The notes under the pieces were generated by a model. It ran no database searches. It was not told where the DNA came from and saw only the letters and a list, made by a program, of their open reading frames with translations. Position numbers and translations under genes: made by a program. A stretch of DNA of 64,000 nucleotides from Candidatus Dormiibacterota bacterium (GTDB lineage: Bacteria; Chloroflexota; Dormibacteria; Aeolococcales; Aeolococcaceae), in the NCBI GenBank assembly GCA_963777445.1, contig CAVZQR010000016.1, forward strand, positions 4,966 through 68,965, in the 5' to 3' direction. Shown in pieces: positions 20,396-31,167 of this stretch (positions are counted from its first letter, which is position 1; every line of letters begins with the position of its first letter).

Positions 20396-22063
20396 ATGCT
20401 GGGCGGTGGGCTCCAGCTCGCGCTCATCCCCGCGCCGTTGATCGCAGCGGCGATCGTCGTGTTCGCGCTCTCGCCGCGGCAGGCGCGTGCTGCACAGGTC
20501 GTCGCCGGAGCGGGCATTGCAGCGACGATCGCGTTGCTCGCGGTGGAGGCGGCGTTTCTCAACGGCAGCGGGCGCATCGAGACCTCGCTCGGGATGCCTG
20601 TCGCTGGAATCGCCTACCTCCTCAGGCTCGATCTGCCCGGCGCGACGCTCGGTCTTGCGGCATCCGCCGCCGGTCTCCTGATGGTGCTCGAGAGCGACCG
20701 TCAGACCCGCGAGGTCAGCGCGCTGCTCGTCTGCGTCGCGGGCACGCTCGTCGCGGCGCTCGCCGGCAACGTGGTGATGCTGGCCGGTGGTGTCGAGATC
20801 GCCGGAGTCGGGACCCTGCTCATGACCAGCGCCGCGCGCGGTCGTCCCGGTCGCGGCGGCCTGGTCGCGATCGGCCTCGAACACCTCGCCTCGCTCGGCC
20901 TCGTTGTGGCCGCCGTGCAGCTCCTGAGCGTCGCCGGAACCACCGATTTCGCGGTCATACCGGCAGGAGCAATGGGCGCGACGATCGCCGGGCCGTGGGC
21001 AGCGGCCGGCGCGATCCGACTGCTCTCTCCCGCATTCGTCCCGATCCGCGGAACCCGAACGCCGACAGCCGCATGGGCGACAACCGGCGCCCTCCCCTGC
21101 GGAGCGATCGTGCTCCTCCGGCTTCGCGAGGCGGCAGCCGGTCCCCTTCCGCACTCGATCGCGATCGGCCTGGCGGCGGTTGGCGGGGCGGTGGCGATCC
21201 TGGCAGTGGTTGTCGCCCTGCGCGCGTCGGGCGCACCGGCGGTCGTTGGCCGAGCGCTCTGCGTCATCGCCGCGGCCCCGGTGATCGCGCTGACCGGCAT
21301 TGCCGGCGCTGCAGCCGGCGCGGGTGTTGCGGCCGGAATCTGCTCTGTGCTGCTGGCCACGGCGCTGACGCCGGCCTGGGAACACATCGGCCGGGGTCGG
21401 TCGGGGACATCCCTCGCCGCGTTCGCCCTCGGGGCCGCCGGGTCCCTGCCGATCGGGTTCGGGATCACGGCGCTGCTCCTGGAGCTCTCGGCGACGGTTG
21501 CGATCGGCCGGCCCGCGACTCCGCTCCTCGCCGCGCTCGGTCTGGCCGGCGTGCTCGGGGCGGCCGCGGCGGTCCAGGCAGCATGGCGGGTCCTGACCTC
21601 GGGACGAAGCGCCGCGAGCACCAGGTATCCATCGCTGCTCGGGGCGGTCGCCGTGGTCGTATCGCTGGTTGCGGCCGTCGTGCCCGGGACGGTGGCGACC
21701 TCTGTGCTCGCGGCGCTCAACCCAGGCGGTCTCTCGGAGCCGATCGGCGCCGCTGCGATCCGGACCAACGCCGGCGACTGGTCGGGCGGATACGTCGTGG
21801 TCGCATTTGCCATCGTCGCTGCGGGCGTCTGGGCGCTTGCCACGCTCGCGGGCTGGTCGCTCCTGCGCGAATCGCCCGCTCACCACGTCGCGTCTGCGAC
21901 AGGCTCGGTCGGGCTCCGGGCCGTCCGACGGTTGCGTCCGGCGGCCGTTCGCGGCAGCACATGGCTGCGCCAGACGGACGACTGGCTCGTGGCGCAGCCC
22001 CAGCTCTTGTTGGTCTTCGTGGGAGCGGTCCTGGCAATCGTGCTGCTCCCGCTGTTCCACTGA
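20396..22063 (+). CDS. Polytopic membrane protein, divergent NuoL/MrpA/HyfB-like antiporter-type subunit
   Basis: 555 aa, very hydrophobic. 'GGVEIAGVGTLLM' and 'GAIRLLSPAFVPIRGTRTPTAAWATTGALPCGAIVLLRL' resemble TM5 and TM7-8 signatures of the Proton_antipo_M family by eye. Third-position G/C is high. The antisense ORF is Arg/Asp/Gly-rich nonsense. Confidence 0.6.
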   Translation: MLGGGLQLALIPAPLIAAAIVVFALSPRQARAAQVVAGAGIAATIALLAVEAAFLNGSGRIETSLGMPVAGIAYLLRLDLPGATLGLAASAAGLLMVLESDRQTREVSALLVCVAGTLVAALAGNVVMLAGGVEIAGVGTLLMTSAARGRPGRGGLVAIGLEHLASLGLVVAAVQLLSVAGTTDFAVIPAGAMGATIAGPWAAAGAIRLLSPAFVPIRGTRTPTAAWATTGALPCGAIVLLRLREAAAGPLPHSIAIGLAAVGGAVAILAVVVALRASGAPAVVGRALCVIAAAPVIALTGIAGAAAGAGVAAGICSVLLATALTPAWEHIGRGRSGTSLAAFALGAAGSLPIGFGITALLLELSATVAIGRPATPLLAALGLAGVLGAAAAVQAAWRVLTSGRSAASTRYPSLLGAVAVVVSLVAAVVPGTVATSVLAALNPGGLSEPIGAAAIRTNAGDWSGGYVVVAFAIVAAGVWALATLAGWSLLRESPAHHVASATGSVGLRAVRRLRPAAVRGSTWLRQTDDWLVAQPQLLLVFVGAVLAIVLLPLFH

Positions 22064-22710
22064 TGGGGGTTTCCGCACCGCTTCTCTCAGTGGCAGGGGT
22101 GATCGCAGCGGTGGTTGCGATGATGGTGGACGGGCGCCGGGCGGCGGCCATCGCGATCGTCTTTCTCACCGCGGGGCTCGCCCCGACCGCGGCGACCTTC
22201 GGCGGCGCGCCGGGGGCCGCCGTCCTCGGCGCATGCGCAATCGCGGCGGTGGTGCTCGCCTACGCAGGTTGGCTCGGCGGCCGCGTCCTCCCGTGGCTCA
22301 CCGGCCTCGATCCGACCATCCCGGCCTTCGCGCCCGCCGACAGGCTCTTCGGACCCCGGAGCGCCCGGGCGTTTGGAGCCGCGGTTGCGTTGCCGGTTGC
22401 GTCATGGGTCAGCTTCAACGTGCCTGTCGGCCAGGTGACCGCCGTCGAGGGTCTGCTCTTTCCCATCGTGTACGCCTGGACCTGCGGGGTCATCCGGCTG
22501 CTGGTCGCTCGAACCCTCGAGGACCTGGCAGTCGGGGTCGCGATGGTGGGCATCGCGACTGGAACTGCCTGGCTGCTCCGCAGCGGGAACGATTCCTTTC
22601 CTGGATCGGTCCTCGCCTGCTCGGTTGCACCGCTGGCGGCTTTCCTCGCCGGTTGGCTGCACGGTCGAAGCTCGCGCCGGTCCCGCCCGCTTGTTGATGC
22701 CGAAGCGTGA
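22063..22710 (+). CDS. Polytopic membrane protein (HyfE/HycP-sized, NuoK-like?)
   Basis: TGATG overlap with the upstream stop. 215 aa, about 6 TM helices. Assignment rests on size and context only. Confidence 0.5.
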   Translation: MGVSAPLLSVAGVIAAVVAMMVDGRRAAAIAIVFLTAGLAPTAATFGGAPGAAVLGACAIAAVVLAYAGWLGGRVLPWLTGLDPTIPAFAPADRLFGPRSARAFGAAVALPVASWVSFNVPVGQVTAVEGLLFPIVYAWTCGVIRLLVARTLEDLAVGVAMVGIATGTAWLLRSGNDSFPGSVLACSVAPLAAFLAGWLHGRSSRRSRPLVDAEA

Positions 22711-23951
22711 ACCCCGCTGTCATCGCCGCGACGTGGCTTGGCCTCGGCCTCGTGGCTTCAGCGCTTCTCCGCCGCCCCACGGCGCGGCTGGTGGCGGTTG
22801 TTCCGCTCATCGGTGCGGGGCTGACCCTCCTGGCCGCTCGGTCCACGACGGTGGCAGTGCCGCTCGGCGGCCTAGGCGGAATCAGCGGCCTCGACAGAGC
22901 CGGCCAGGGGGTCCTGGTTTCGGCGGGCATCTCGATGGCCCTGGTGATGCTCCTCCAGCCCTCACTGGATGTGTCGGTTGGACGGACCATCGGCGTCGTC
23001 GGGGCGGCCGCGACGATCGCCATGGCCAGCAGTGATCCGCTGGTCACGGCGCTGGCGCTGACTGCCGCGATCGCGACCCTGGTCCTTCGCTGGATCGGGC
23101 AGTCGCCGGGCAAGGCGACCCTTGCAGCCGGGCGGGTTGCCGGCACGGGCACCGCGGCGATGGTTGCGGCGTCGCCGTTCCTGCCACTCACCGGGTTCAC
23201 GACCGGAGCCCGTCCCATTGTCGTCGCGGCGCTGCTTGCCACCGGCGTCGCCGCCCTCCTCGCGGTGTACCCGCTCGGCGGCTGGGCTGCGGGGATCATC
23301 CGGTCGCTCGACCCCATTGATGTCGCGCCGTGGCAGGTCCTCCTGGTGCCGGTGGTGCTGATCATCGCCGAGCGGATTCCAGGAGGGGTGCTCGGCGATG
23401 GAAGTCCGATCTTCGAGCACCTTCTCCTCGTCGTCGGGCTGGGCAGTGCCGTCTGGGGCGGATTCTGGGCCGCTCGCGGTTCGCCAGCGATGCGCTATGG
23501 GCGCGTCTTCATGGCCGACATCGCGCTCTGCGTCGCCGCCGTCGAGGGGGCAGCGGCATCTCCGGCCCTGACCGGTGCGCTGATCATCGTGGTCACGCAT
23601 CTCTGCCTGGCGCCGATCCTCCTGCGACCGGAGCGCGCCGGCCTGCTCTGGCCGAGACGGGTCGCCTGGGCCCTGCTCAGTGGGGTCCCTCCGTCGCCGA
23701 CCTTCTGGGGCCGGCTGCTGCTCCTCGAGGCACTCGCCGCGGGCAACGTCGGGTCGACGATCGCCGCGGTGATCGCGATGGCATCGATCTTCATCGCCAC
23801 CGTCATGGCGTGCTCGAGCAGGGCGGTCGTCACGCCCGCCCGAGGGTGGCGGGGACGGCTTCCGGAGCTCGCTGCCTGGTTGCTGCTTGCAGTTGGGATC
23901 GCGATCGGACTGGCCCCGCAGTCACTCACGCGATTTGTGTTCGGAAGCTGA
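22707..23951 (+). CDS. Polytopic membrane protein, divergent NuoN/MrpD/HyfF-like antiporter-type subunit
   Basis: GTGA overlap with the upstream stop. 'LLATGVAALLAVYPLGGWAAG' and 'LSGVPPSPTFWGRLLLLEA' resemble 'GxxxKxxxxPFHxWLPDA' and 'SLAGxPPxxGFxxK' by eye. Confidence 0.6.
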   Translation: MNPAVIAATWLGLGLVASALLRRPTARLVAVVPLIGAGLTLLAARSTTVAVPLGGLGGISGLDRAGQGVLVSAGISMALVMLLQPSLDVSVGRTIGVVGAAATIAMASSDPLVTALALTAAIATLVLRWIGQSPGKATLAAGRVAGTGTAAMVAASPFLPLTGFTTGARPIVVAALLATGVAALLAVYPLGGWAAGIIRSLDPIDVAPWQVLLVPVVLIIAERIPGGVLGDGSPIFEHLLLVVGLGSAVWGGFWAARGSPAMRYGRVFMADIALCVAAVEGAAASPALTGALIIVVTHLCLAPILLRPERAGLLWPRRVAWALLSGVPPSPTFWGRLLLLEALAAGNVGSTIAAVIAMASIFIATVMACSSRAVVTPARGWRGRLPELAAWLLLAVGIAIGLAPQSLTRFVFGS

Positions 23952-23956
23952 GCGAG

Positions 23957-24694
23957 ATGGATCCACTCGGGCTCCTGCTCGAAATCGTCGCACTCGCCGT
24001 GTACCCCGGCGGCCTGTTCCTCGCGGTGATGGCCCGGATCATCTATCGCGGTGCCGGCCTGGCGCCGGGCACTGCGCTCGACGTCCGGGGATTTGCTGCG
24101 ATCGCGGCGGCGGTCGCGGCAGCGGCGATGGCACCCCTGCCCGGTACCCCGGCGGCGTCGCTGCCACCTGCTGGAGGGGCGACGCCGAACCTGCTGGCGG
24201 CGGTGCTCCTGGTTGTGGTCGCGGGGTCGCTGGTTGCGCCGGCGCCCTGGTCGCACCGGAGGATCATTCTGGTGACCTTCGCGGGGGCCTCGCTCGTCCT
24301 CCTCGGGCTCGTGGCGACCTCCTTGTCCACCACCGATATCTCCGGTTCGACCGGCGGCGTGAACGCTGCGGCTCGCATCCTCACCGTGATCGCCGTGCTG
24401 GTCGCGCTGCCCGTGCTGCTGAAGCCCCAGAGCGCGGCCGGGTCGGTGGCGGCCCGCGCCATCGTGGTCGCCGCGTCGCTCGTGGTTGTCCTCGCCATCG
24501 TGATTCCTCCGGCCCAGCAGTGGCCCGCGGCTCCCCTCTGGGTCGTCGGGCTGGTCGTTGCGGTGGGGGTCTATGCGCTCCTGCTGCGGCTCGGGCAAGC
24601 CCTCGCCGGGAAGGAGCATCTGTCCGTGGTGACGGTCGCCTGGCTGTGTTCGATCGCCGCGTCGGTGACGGCCGTGATCGCGGCGCGGCCATAA
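23957..24694 (+). CDS. Polytopic membrane protein (short NuoH/HycD-like?)
   Basis: Starts 5 nt after the upstream stop. 245 aa. The N-terminus 'LAVYPGGLFLAVMARIIYRGAGLAPG' is reminiscent of the HycD/NuoH N-terminus. The resemblance is weak. Confidence 0.45.
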   Translation: MDPLGLLLEIVALAVYPGGLFLAVMARIIYRGAGLAPGTALDVRGFAAIAAAVAAAAMAPLPGTPAASLPPAGGATPNLLAAVLLVVVAGSLVAPAPWSHRRIILVTFAGASLVLLGLVATSLSTTDISGSTGGVNAAARILTVIAVLVALPVLLKPQSAAGSVAARAIVVAASLVVVLAIVIPPAQQWPAAPLWVVGLVVAVGVYALLLRLGQALAGKEHLSVVTVAWLCSIAASVTAVIAARP

Positions 24695-24805
24695 AGCCTT
24701 GTGCGCGAACGCCGACTTCGTCAACTGGGCGTCGCGTCGCGGTGCTAGCATGGAACGTGAGTTGGCGCGAGATTTCGATGCGGCCGTTGCGCACGTGACC
24801 GCCAC

Positions 24806-25465
24806 GTGATTGGAATCGTGCTCGCGTCCCGGTCGCCTCGGCGGCGCGAGTTGCTGACCCGGGCGGGGATCCGTTTCCGGATCATGGAACCTCCCGAGGA
24901 CGTCGCTCTTCCCGTCGGCGTGAGCGCTGAGCTTGCGGTGCAGCTGGTCGCCCGCCAAAAAGCTGTCGCGGTGAGCAAGCTCGTTCCAGAAGGAACCTAC
25001 CTCCTGAGCGCCGACACGATCGTGGTCGGCCCACGCGGTCCGCTCGGCAAGCCCCGGACGCCGGAGATGGCCCGTGAGATGCTGAGCGATCTCCGTGGCA
25101 AGCGCCACACAGTGCTGACGGGTGTGTGCGCGATGTGCACCGGGAGCGACCATGAGGCGCTCGGCGTGAGCAGATCCGCCGTGAAGTTCTGCGACTTCAC
25201 CGACGACGCACTGGACATGTACGTCGCCTCCGGCGAGCCCCTCGACCGTGCCGGCGCGTATGCGATCCAGGGTGGCGGCTCGGACTTCGTCGAGGCGGTT
25301 GCCGGGCGGATTGACACGGTCATCGGGCTCGACGTCGGGCTGGCGCTTCGCCTGCTTGGCGAGATCGGCTACCCCGACCCGCTCCCGCGCACCACCGACA
25401 TCATGCTGACCGCGTCGCGGCAGCGGCGACCGCTGGCGCCGCTTCGCACCGCTACCAGGGTCTGA
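24806..25465 (+). CDS. maf: Maf-like nucleoside triphosphate pyrophosphatase (septum formation protein)
   Basis: 'IVLASRSPRRRELL' N-terminal signature and 'YAIQG' near the C-terminus. GTG start. Confidence 0.9.
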   Translation: MIGIVLASRSPRRRELLTRAGIRFRIMEPPEDVALPVGVSAELAVQLVARQKAVAVSKLVPEGTYLLSADTIVVGPRGPLGKPRTPEMAREMLSDLRGKRHTVLTGVCAMCTGSDHEALGVSRSAVKFCDFTDDALDMYVASGEPLDRAGAYAIQGGGSDFVEAVAGRIDTVIGLDVGLALRLLGEIGYPDPLPRTTDIMLTASRQRRPLAPLRTATRV

Positions 25466-25485
25466 CCGTTTCGCGGGGCAGGCGG

Positions 25486-26415
25486 ATGCGGGCACTCGCG
25501 GCACACCTGACGGGAGTGCTCGCAGTCTCGATCCTGGCGCCGATAGCGCTGGTCCTTACAGCGTGCAGCAGCCAAGCCGCGCAGCTTTCGGTGACGCTCG
25601 CTTCGGACTTTGGGGCGTCATACACTCCCGGGACGAGCGATGCCGACTTCGTGATAACGGTGCAAAACCTCGGTCCCGGCAATGCATCCGGCGTTGTGAT
25701 CCACGCGCTCATGCCCGCTGCGTTTCAGTACGCCGTGACCAACTCGATCACCACCAACGGCGCTGCGCGGACCACACCGGTTGACCCGCAGGTGGGTGTC
25801 ACCAACCCGGAGTGGGGCGTGTGGTCACTCTCCTCGCCGACATCGCCGAACGGCACGACCGACAACGCGTCGGTCACGATCGACTTCGGGGTCAACATCA
25901 CCGCGCAGCCTGACACCTACAGCCTCGCCGCCCAGGTGGTGGACGACAGTCTCACCGACACGGTGCAGAGTCACCCGCTTCCGATCGCCATCAATGAGGC
26001 ACCCCGCCTCAGCGTGTCCGCATCGGTCGGGCCGACCTCGGTGCATCCCAATGGGCAGGTCACGTACCGGGTCACGGTCACCAACAAGGGCACCGGGATC
26101 GCTCCGACGGTCGACGTGCTGGTCACGCTGCCGCCGGTGCTGCAGTACCAGTCCACGATCACTCCGTTCGGTGGGAACTCTTCAGTGGAGTCGTTGATCT
26201 CACCGGTCCTGGGCGCCTACCTGGTCTTCTATGGCGGCTTCGAGATACCCCCCCAGACCACCCTCGGCCCGGGGACGCTCACCATCGAGTTCATCGCGCA
26301 GTGCATCCCACTTCCCGGGAAGGGTGTCTTCACCATTCAGGTCGCGGTCACCGACGCGTTGCGGGACCGGGTGGGCCTCGCCAACGTGGCGCCGCTGAAC
26401 GTCCTCAGCTCGTAG
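25486..26415 (+). CDS. DUF11 repeat-containing lipoprotein
   Basis: Signal peptide with lipobox 'LVLTAC'. Two repeats of the DUF11 type: 'ITVQNLGPGNASGVVIHALMP' and 'YRVTVTNKGTGIAPTVDVLVTLP'. Confidence 0.7.
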   Translation: MRALAAHLTGVLAVSILAPIALVLTACSSQAAQLSVTLASDFGASYTPGTSDADFVITVQNLGPGNASGVVIHALMPAAFQYAVTNSITTNGAARTTPVDPQVGVTNPEWGVWSLSSPTSPNGTTDNASVTIDFGVNITAQPDTYSLAAQVVDDSLTDTVQSHPLPIAINEAPRLSVSASVGPTSVHPNGQVTYRVTVTNKGTGIAPTVDVLVTLPPVLQYQSTITPFGGNSSVESLISPVLGAYLVFYGGFEIPPQTTLGPGTLTIEFIAQCIPLPGKGVFTIQVAVTDALRDRVGLANVAPLNVLSS

Positions 26416-26529
26416 ATCTCGGGTCTGCGGAAGGCCTGTCGGCGCTCGCACGTGATAACCTCGCGTATCGCGCCCGGTATCAGCCGGCGTTCCTCAGTGG
26501 AGTGAACCCGCTCCCGGCGAGAGAGGCAT

Positions 26530-27120
26530 ATGTACGCAATCCTTCAACACGGCGGTCACCAGTACCGTGTCGCTTCGGGCGACCGGATCCTTGTCGATCG
26601 CATTCCAGTCGAGGTCGGGTCGACCGTGACCCTCGAGTCGGTGCTGCTGCTCGGTGACGGCGCCGAGACCGACGTGGCCAAGGGCTCGCCCGTCGAGGCT
26701 TCGGTCACCGCCACCGTCATCGCACACCGGCGCGGTCGCAAGATCCGTGTCTTCTCGTACAAGCCCAAGAAGCGCCACCGGCGCACCCTCGGGTACCGCA
26801 GCCAGCTCACCGAGTTGCTCATCGACGAGGTCGGACGTGGCAAGGCGGAAGCAAAGCCGAAGGCGGCCGCGCCCAAGCGCGCGGCGGCGCCGAAGCCGGC
26901 GAAGGCCGAGGTGATCGAGGCGGTCGCAGACGAAGCCGTGGCGGTCGCCGCTGAAGCTGAGGCCGTCGACGCCGAGGTGGCTGTCGCCGAGCTCGCGGTG
27001 GAGGAGGCGGTTGCGGCCGAGACCGAGGGGCCCGCTGCCGAGGAGCCCGCCGCGAAGCCGGCCGCTCCGAAGCGAGCACGGACCCCCAAAGCAAAGAAGG
27101 ACCCAGGCGATGGCGCATAA
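26530..27120 (+). CDS. rplU: 50S ribosomal protein L21 with long Ala/Glu/Lys/Pro-rich C-terminal extension
   Basis: '[14 protein letters not shown]' N-terminus and a core of about 100 aa, then about 95 aa of low-complexity tail. Confidence 0.9.
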   Translation: MYAILQHGGHQYRVASGDRILVDRIPVEVGSTVTLESVLLLGDGAETDVAKGSPVEASVTATVIAHRRGRKIRVFSYKPKKRHRRTLGYRSQLTELLIDEVGRGKAEAKPKAAAPKRAAAPKPAKAEVIEAVADEAVAVAAEAEAVDAEVAVAELAVEEAVAAETEGPAAEEPAAKPAAPKRARTPKAKKDPGDGA

Positions 27121-27427
27121 GAAAGGCGGCGGGAGCTCCCGCAACGGACGTGATTCGAAGGCGAAGCGCCTCGGCGTGAAGCGTCACACCGGTGAGGTCG
27201 TTCTTGCCGGCACCATCCTGGTCCGTCAGCGCGGCACCAAGATTCTCGCGGGCGAGCACGTCGGCGTCGGTCGCGATCACACGCTCTTCGCCCTGCGCAC
27301 GGGCACGGTCGCCTACGATCACGCCCGCCACGACAGGACTCGCGCCAACGTTCGCGCGATGCCGATCTTCTCGGTCGGCGAGATGATCGAAGAGGCTGAC
27401 GAGGAGCCGGTCGCAGCGACCGGCTGA
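27110..27427 (+). CDS. rpmA: 50S ribosomal protein L27
   Basis: '[24 protein letters not shown]' signature. 11-nt overlap with rplU. About 18 aa acidic C-terminal tail. Confidence 0.9.
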   Translation: MAHKKGGGSSRNGRDSKAKRLGVKRHTGEVVLAGTILVRQRGTKILAGEHVGVGRDHTLFALRTGTVAYDHARHDRTRANVRAMPIFSVGEMIEEADEEPVAATG

Positions 27428-28722
<1,295 letters not shown>

Positions 28723-28723
<1 letters not shown>

Positions 28724-29337
28724 TGGCGATCCTGGTCTTCGGTGGCACCTTCGACCCGGTGCACAACGGCCACCTCGCGATCGCTCGCCAGGCGCGTGTC
28801 GCAACGGGCGCTGAGGCCGTGTGGTTCGTGCCCGCCGCGCTCGCGCCCCTGCGCGACCCGCCCCGGGCGACACCCGAGCAGCGATTCGAACTGCTCCGGG
28901 CAGCCGTTGGCTCGCCTGGTGAGGAGGGCCTGGCCGTGCTCGACACCGCCGTGCGTCGTGGCGGGGTCTCGTACACGGCGGACGTCATGGACGCGCTCCG
29001 AGCGCAGTTTCCCGAGCTCGAGCTCACGGTGCTGCTTGGCGCCGACGCGGCTCGGACGATCATGCGCTGGCGTCGCGCCGAAGACCTGCTGGGCACCGAG
29101 CGTTTCGTGATCGCCAATCGGACCGGTCCACCATCGCTCGACCAGGCCGAGGTGAGCCGGATCGGTTATCCCGCGGCTCGAACCACGCTGCTCAGCGTCG
29201 ACTCGCCGGACATCAGCGCGTCCGATGTCCGTGACCGGTGCGCCAGGGGCGAGTCGCTCGACGGTCTGGTCCCGGCAGGGGTCGCCGCCCTCATCGCCGC
29301 GAAAGGAATGTACCGCCAGAATCGGGACGATGCATAA
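28723..29337 (+). CDS. nadD: Nicotinate-nucleotide adenylyltransferase
   Basis: 'LVFGGTFDPVHNGHL' signature. The ATG shares one base with the obg TGA. Confidence 0.9.
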
Positions 29338-29689
29338 TGCGGATCGGATGACCTCCACCGATCTGGCCGGCATCATCGCCGCCGCCGCCACCGACAAGAA
29401 GGCGCGTGACGTGGTCATTCTCGACATCCGCGGGAAGACAACCATCGCTGACTATTTCGTGATCTGCGAGGGCGACACCGACCGCCAGGTTCGCGCCATC
29501 ACTGACAATATCACTGACGTCTGCAAGGGGCACGGAGTGCGCGCACTCGCGGTCGCGGGTCTCAAGGACGCGTCGTGGGCGTGCGCGGATTTCGATGCGG
29601 TGATCGCGCACGTCTTTCTCCCGGGCGAGCGAACCTTCTACGACCTCGAGGGTTTGTGGGGCGATCCGGCGGGCGAACGCGCGGTCTGA
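29330..29689 (+). CDS. rsfS: Ribosome silencing factor RsfS (iojap-like)
   Basis: 'KKARDVVILDIRGKTTIADYFVICEGDTDRQVRAI' is typical of RsfS. An alternative start is ATG 29348. Confidence 0.85.
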   Translation: MHNADRMTSTDLAGIIAAAATDKKARDVVILDIRGKTTIADYFVICEGDTDRQVRAITDNITDVCKGHGVRALAVAGLKDASWACADFDAVIAHVFLPGERTFYDLEGLWGDPAGERAV

Positions 29690-29716
29690 TGCCCGCACGG
29701 CGCTGACCGGCAGGCG

Positions 29717-31096
29717 CTATCCGGTGAACGCCGGCAGCGGGTGCATGATCGAAGCGGCCAGGTTGAGCAACCCGAACAGCAGCGCCACGGCGCTGAACGC
29801 GATGGCACCCCAGAGCACGATCCTCTCGACGATCATGTGATCGCGTCCACCGATCGACATGATCGGTGGGAGGATGCATCCGAGGAGAGCGCCGGCGACC
29901 AGCCCGCCGATGTGCGCGTAGTTGTTGACGCCAAGCGAGGGCCCGAACACGAACGTCAGCACGACGTTGAGCACGATGACGGTCACCGCATAGTTGCGCA
30001 CCGTGTGCGTGATCCCGACCGGCACATTCTTTCCCTGCACCCTTCCGACCATCAGCAGCAGGCCGATCAGACCCGCGATACCGCCTGAGGCACCAAGGGA
30101 GATGCTGGTGGGGGTGATTCCCGGCAAGCCGGGCGCGAGCGTGCTCGCGGCGACCCACAGGAGCCCGCCCGCGATGGCCGTGATCAGGAACACTCCGAGC
30201 AGGACCAGCCGGCCGTAGAGCTGCTCGACGAGCCTGCCGATGAACAGCATCGCGATGCTGTTGAAGAGCACGTGATACACGCTGCTGGGGTCGTGGAGGA
30301 AGGAGCTGCTGACGAAGCGCCACCACGCTTCCCCGCATGCAGGGCTCTGGCCGAAGGCGGGGTAGAACGCGGCGTTGGGAAGCGCGCCCCAGGAGCAGAT
30401 GTCCGGGCCGCTCGCCGTCGAATGCAGCGACAGGGTGGTGTACTCGAGCACCCAGATCACGACGAAGATCGCGATCAGCGCGTACGTGAGATACGGCTGC
30501 GAAACCATCGCTCGGCGCACGGGCGCGACGTAACCGCCGGCCACCGCCTGGCGCTCGGCGAGGTCGACGGCGGCAAGGGTCGGCGTCGGGGCGCCCTCGT
30601 GCACCGACCGCGCCCGGGCGCGAAGCTCGCCCACAGCGGGCATGCCGGGTGGGATCGGCAGCACAGCGCCGGCATTGGCGACGGCCGTGTCGATCCAGGC
30701 CACGCCGAGGCGCACCGGGTCACCGGGGGTGGTCGCGGCCGACAGCGTCCCGGCCAGCGGGCCGAGCGCGATCAGGAGGATGTCGCACACCTGCGCGCCC
30801 TGCTCATGGAGGCGGCTCAGCCCCCAGCGGCGCGCCGCGTCGCAGCGGGCAGCCAGGTCGGGTCCGGCAGCAGCCGGGTCAGACGGCGGCTCGTAGAACG
30901 CGACCAGGGCGGCGCGGGGGCCGGTCCACATCGCCGCGGCGAGCACGTAATGTCCGAGCAGCTCGCCAAGCCGGCCGTCTCGCTGGTCGGCAACGCGGAG
31001 CCGGTAGCGGGTCACCAGGTCGTGGGCGATCGCCAGGACGACCGGGCTTGGTCCCGGCGGCGGCGCGGCGTAGTTGGGTGGTGCCGCGTCCGTCAC
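29717..31096 (-). CDS. Rhomboid family intramembrane serine protease with about 200-aa cytoplasmic N-terminal domain
   Basis: 'WWRFVSSSFLHD', catalytic 'GASGGIAGLIG' and 'YAHIGGLVAG'. The ORF is open to 31834. I place the start at GTG 31096 because the region beyond it is better explained by a divergent plus-strand ORF. The start is uncertain. Confidence 0.7.
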   Translation of the reverse strand: MTDAAPPNYAAPPPGPSPVVLAIAHDLVTRYRLRVADQRDGRLGELLGHYVLAAAMWTGPRAALVAFYEPPSDPAAAGPDLAARCDAARRWGLSRLHEQGAQVCDILLIALGPLAGTLSAATTPGDPVRLGVAWIDTAVANAGAVLPIPPGMPAVGELRARARSVHEGAPTPTLAAVDLAERQAVAGGYVAPVRRAMVSQPYLTYALIAIFVVIWVLEYTTLSLHSTASGPDICSWGALPNAAFYPAFGQSPACGEAWWRFVSSSFLHDPSSVYHVLFNSIAMLFIGRLVEQLYGRLVLLGVFLITAIAGGLLWVAASTLAPGLPGITPTSISLGASGGIAGLIGLLLMVGRVQGKNVPVGITHTVRNYAVTVIVLNVVLTFVFGPSLGVNNYAHIGGLVAGALLGCILPPIMSIGGRDHMIVERIVLWGAIAFSAVALLFGLLNLAASIMHPLPAFTG

Positions 31097-31167
31097 TCGG
31101 TTCAGTCTACCGATCGCACCCCGCGACACCCTCGTACCGGTTTGCGCTTTTCGGCTATGGTCTCGCG

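Noticed and set aside
20249-25504. Long minus-strand ORFs (20249..22078, 20701..21843, 22490..23365, 23495..25504) opposite the membrane module
   Set aside because: Their products are extreme Arg/Asp/Gly/Pro low-complexity. The plus-strand ORFs show TM periodicity, high GC3 and start/stop coupling.
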